Part shown: positions 62,449 to 64,000 of the stretch, in pieces | Layout of the letters: every line of letters starts with the position of its first letter | How positions within the stretch are numbered: the first letter of the stretch is position 1 | Source of the DNA: an uncultured Clostridia bacterium | GTDB lineage: Bacteria > Bacillota > Clostridia > Christensenellales > UBA1242 | Assembly: GCA_947062475.1 (NCBI GenBank) | Contig: CAMSQA010000007.1 | Coordinates: forward strand, 531 to 64,530 | Length of the DNA stretch: 64,000 bases | Reading direction: 5' to 3' | Program-made: the position numbers and the translations under genes | Notes under the pieces: generated by a model | The model's database searches: none | Told to the model about the DNA's origin: nothing | Seen by the model: only the letters and a program-made list of their open reading frames with translations

Positions 62449-62605
62449 AGCGTAAGTTTTATTAAGTTGTTTTTTGTATTGTCAATAGGACAATAAATTT
62501 AAGTCAAGATAAATTTGCAAAATTCCAGAATCATAATCCTTCTTTCGGGACAATTTCTTGCCCCATTTTCATCTTATGTTATCACAGCTTCATGTGTGCA
62601 TCTTT

Positions 62606-63007
62606 CTATGCAATAAGTGAATTTATATTATTTTGAATAAGTTGGCAAAGTCTTGAATACTCAGGAATATTGATTGCCTTTAAGAGATTTCCAATTAAAG
62701 TAAGACATACTTTTAAACTTGCTTTTGTTGTAGTCTTTTCGTCAATGAGATCAAGTGGGGTGGCAAAAAGAGAATAATAAAGATTTGAAATCATAAGTTC
62801 TGTTTCGTCAAGCAGGTTTAATCTCGCTTCATCTTTCTCTTCTTCTTTTATTAATACGATATTTTCATAAAGCATTTGAATGTCTCTTTTGATTTCAGGC
62901 AATAGGGTGTTTTCAGCTTGAATAGTTGTAGGATTTTTAAAGCCACTCATGTTTGTGAGTTCATACTTTTGCGTGAGAATATTATAATTACAAAAAAACT
63001 TGTGCAT
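62606..63007 (-). CDS. hypothetical protein
   Basis: ATG 63007 has AAAGGAGA 5 nt upstream. 133 aa, predicted helical, no family recognised. Confidence 0.5.
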   Translation of the reverse strand: MHKFFCNYNILTQKYELTNMSGFKNPTTIQAENTLLPEIKRDIQMLYENIVLIKEEEKDEARLNLLDETELMISNLYYSLFATPLDLIDEKTTTKASLKVCLTLIGNLLKAINIPEYSRLCQLIQNNINSLIA

Positions 63008-63089
63008 AGCTGTCTCCTTTACACAAGTTTTATATGAATAATAATTTTCAGTTGTGATTAAAATTTGCATGGAATAATAATCAGGTTTA

Positions 63090-63422
63090 TCAACTTCTAA
63101 TCAGGTTTTCGTCAACTGCTCCCCATGCTCCTGGTATTTGCTGCAAAATTTTAGGCAACGCTAAATTGATAAAAAGCACAAGCACCAAAAGACATGCCAC
63201 ACCAATTAAGGTGTTTCTGATTCTGAAAAGTGCGCCTTTTCTTTTCTCTTCATTTTCACTTTTTGCAAGATTGACACCCAAAACAATTGCATAGACAGCA
63301 CCAGCACCGCCAACAATAGCCAAAATTGCATATAAAATATTTGGCAAAACTTCATAAAGATCATTAAGCCAAGCATAATTTCCAAGCCATCTGTTTACTG
63401 TGTCAAGAAGAAATTGTTGCAT
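63090..63422 (-). CDS. small two-TM protein, VirB2/TrbC pilin-like topology (paralog of 63560-63943)
   Basis: ATG 63422 has AGGAG 7 nt upstream. ILAIVGGAGAVYAIVLGVNLAKSENEEKRKGALFRIRNTLIGVACLLVLVLFINLALPKIL aligns with the neighbouring paralog. Confidence 0.55.
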   Translation of the reverse strand: MQQFLLDTVNRWLGNYAWLNDLYEVLPNILYAILAIVGGAGAVYAIVLGVNLAKSENEEKRKGALFRIRNTLIGVACLLVLVLFINLALPKILQQIPGAWGAVDENLIRS

Positions 63423-63522
63423 ATTTTTACTCCTATATTGATATTTTATCATATTTTTATATATTATGCAATCAATTTGAGAAAAATCTTATCATTTATT
63501 TCAATAATATAAAATTTATTAT

Positions 63523-63554
63523 AAAAAAATCACATCGAATACGATGTGATTTTA
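63523..63554 (-). terminator. terminator of the upstream pilin-like gene
   Basis: On the minus strand: AAAATCACATCG-TATT-CGATGTGATTTTTTT. Confidence 0.8.
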
Positions 63555-63559
63555 TCTAG

Positions 63560-63943
63560 TTACGCTTTTAAAAGTGAAAGAATAGGTTTTATAATAGCTA
63601 CTGGTTTTTCATAACCATTACCTTTAACAAAAGCACCGAGAATAGCAGGTAAAGCCACGTTAAATATAATAATTAGAAGAACAGTTACACCAATAGCAAT
63701 AAACACAGTAATTAAGTGTTTTTTTGCATCATCACGTTTGCTTTGATCTTCTGCTCGTGCAAGCTGAATGCCAAGATAGATTGCATAAATTGCACCGATT
63801 GCTCCTACAATTCCTAGAATTACCCAGAGTGCAATACTAATGTAATTGAAAGCATTTACTAAAATTTCATTTCCAGCATTTTCTTCCCCAAGATATTGCG
63901 TTAAGAAGTCTTTCCAAGAAGTAATTAAAAGTAAAAGATTCAT
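63560..63943 (-). CDS. small two-TM protein, VirB2/TrbC pilin-like topology
   Basis: AAGGAGGG 4 nt before the ATG. ILGIVGAIGAIYAIYLGIQLARAEDQSKRDDAKKHLITVFIAIGVTVLLIIIFNVALPAILG. 127 aa. Confidence 0.55.
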   Translation of the reverse strand: MNLLLLITSWKDFLTQYLGEENAGNEILVNAFNYISIALWVILGIVGAIGAIYAIYLGIQLARAEDQSKRDDAKKHLITVFIAIGVTVLLIIIFNVALPAILGAFVKGNGYEKPVAIIKPILSLLKA

Positions 63944-64000
63944 TTTTCCCTCCTTTTTAAATTTAAAAGCGTTTGCTTTTTAAATACAATCTCATATTAT

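Overview
AT-rich chromosomal segment (roughly 70% A+T by eye, not computed) from a low-GC Bacillota/Mollicutes-like bacterium. TGA behaves as a stop codon, because genes of 1,668 and 2,824 codons are uninterrupted under the standard code.

Housekeeping content:
- uvrC, hisS, a HelD-type helicase
- gyrB and gyrA, separated by two small inserted genes
- initiator tRNA-fMet and tRNA-Ser(CGA)
- M18 aminopeptidase and a divergent MetRS-like gene
- sigH-rlmB-mrnC-ychF
- secA
- rpmG-secE-nusG-rplK-rplA
- a compact NAD salvage island: pncB, an NMN/NaMN adenylyltransferase, a PncA-Nudix fusion, nadE and nrtR, with palindromic operators over both divergent promoters

Accessory content:
- two giant membrane-anchored proteins
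- an ~935-codon LRR-containing gene split by three frameshifts (two at A5/T9 runs, one near an A4 run)
- a DUF4116 protein and an orphan HicB-like protein
- two tandem paralogous pilin-like proteins at the right edge

Observations most worth a second look:
1. A tRNA-fMet followed by a 169-bp chimeric element. It holds an inverted copy of the anticodon arm, a GC-rich core and an exact 41-nt duplicate of the tRNA 3' half.
2. Two sigma-70-type promoters whose spacers contain poly-C tracts (T7C9 and C6), which are phase-variation candidates.
3. A dense DnaA-box cluster with an AT-rich tract between hisS and helD.
4. A repeat-laden region downstream of tRNA-Ser (51.4-54.3 kb). It contains duplicated promoter/operator/terminator modules, a TCGCGAAATCAAAA box family, a 20-bp perfect palindrome, 10-bp-phased ATCAAAA arrays and two short insertions.
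5. A MetRS-like protein that lacks KMSKS.
6. A dehydrogenase with a seven-fold CxC metal-binding tail.

I saw no CRISPR array, rRNA, transposase or integrase. All protein calls rest on motif recognition by eye. No database search was run.
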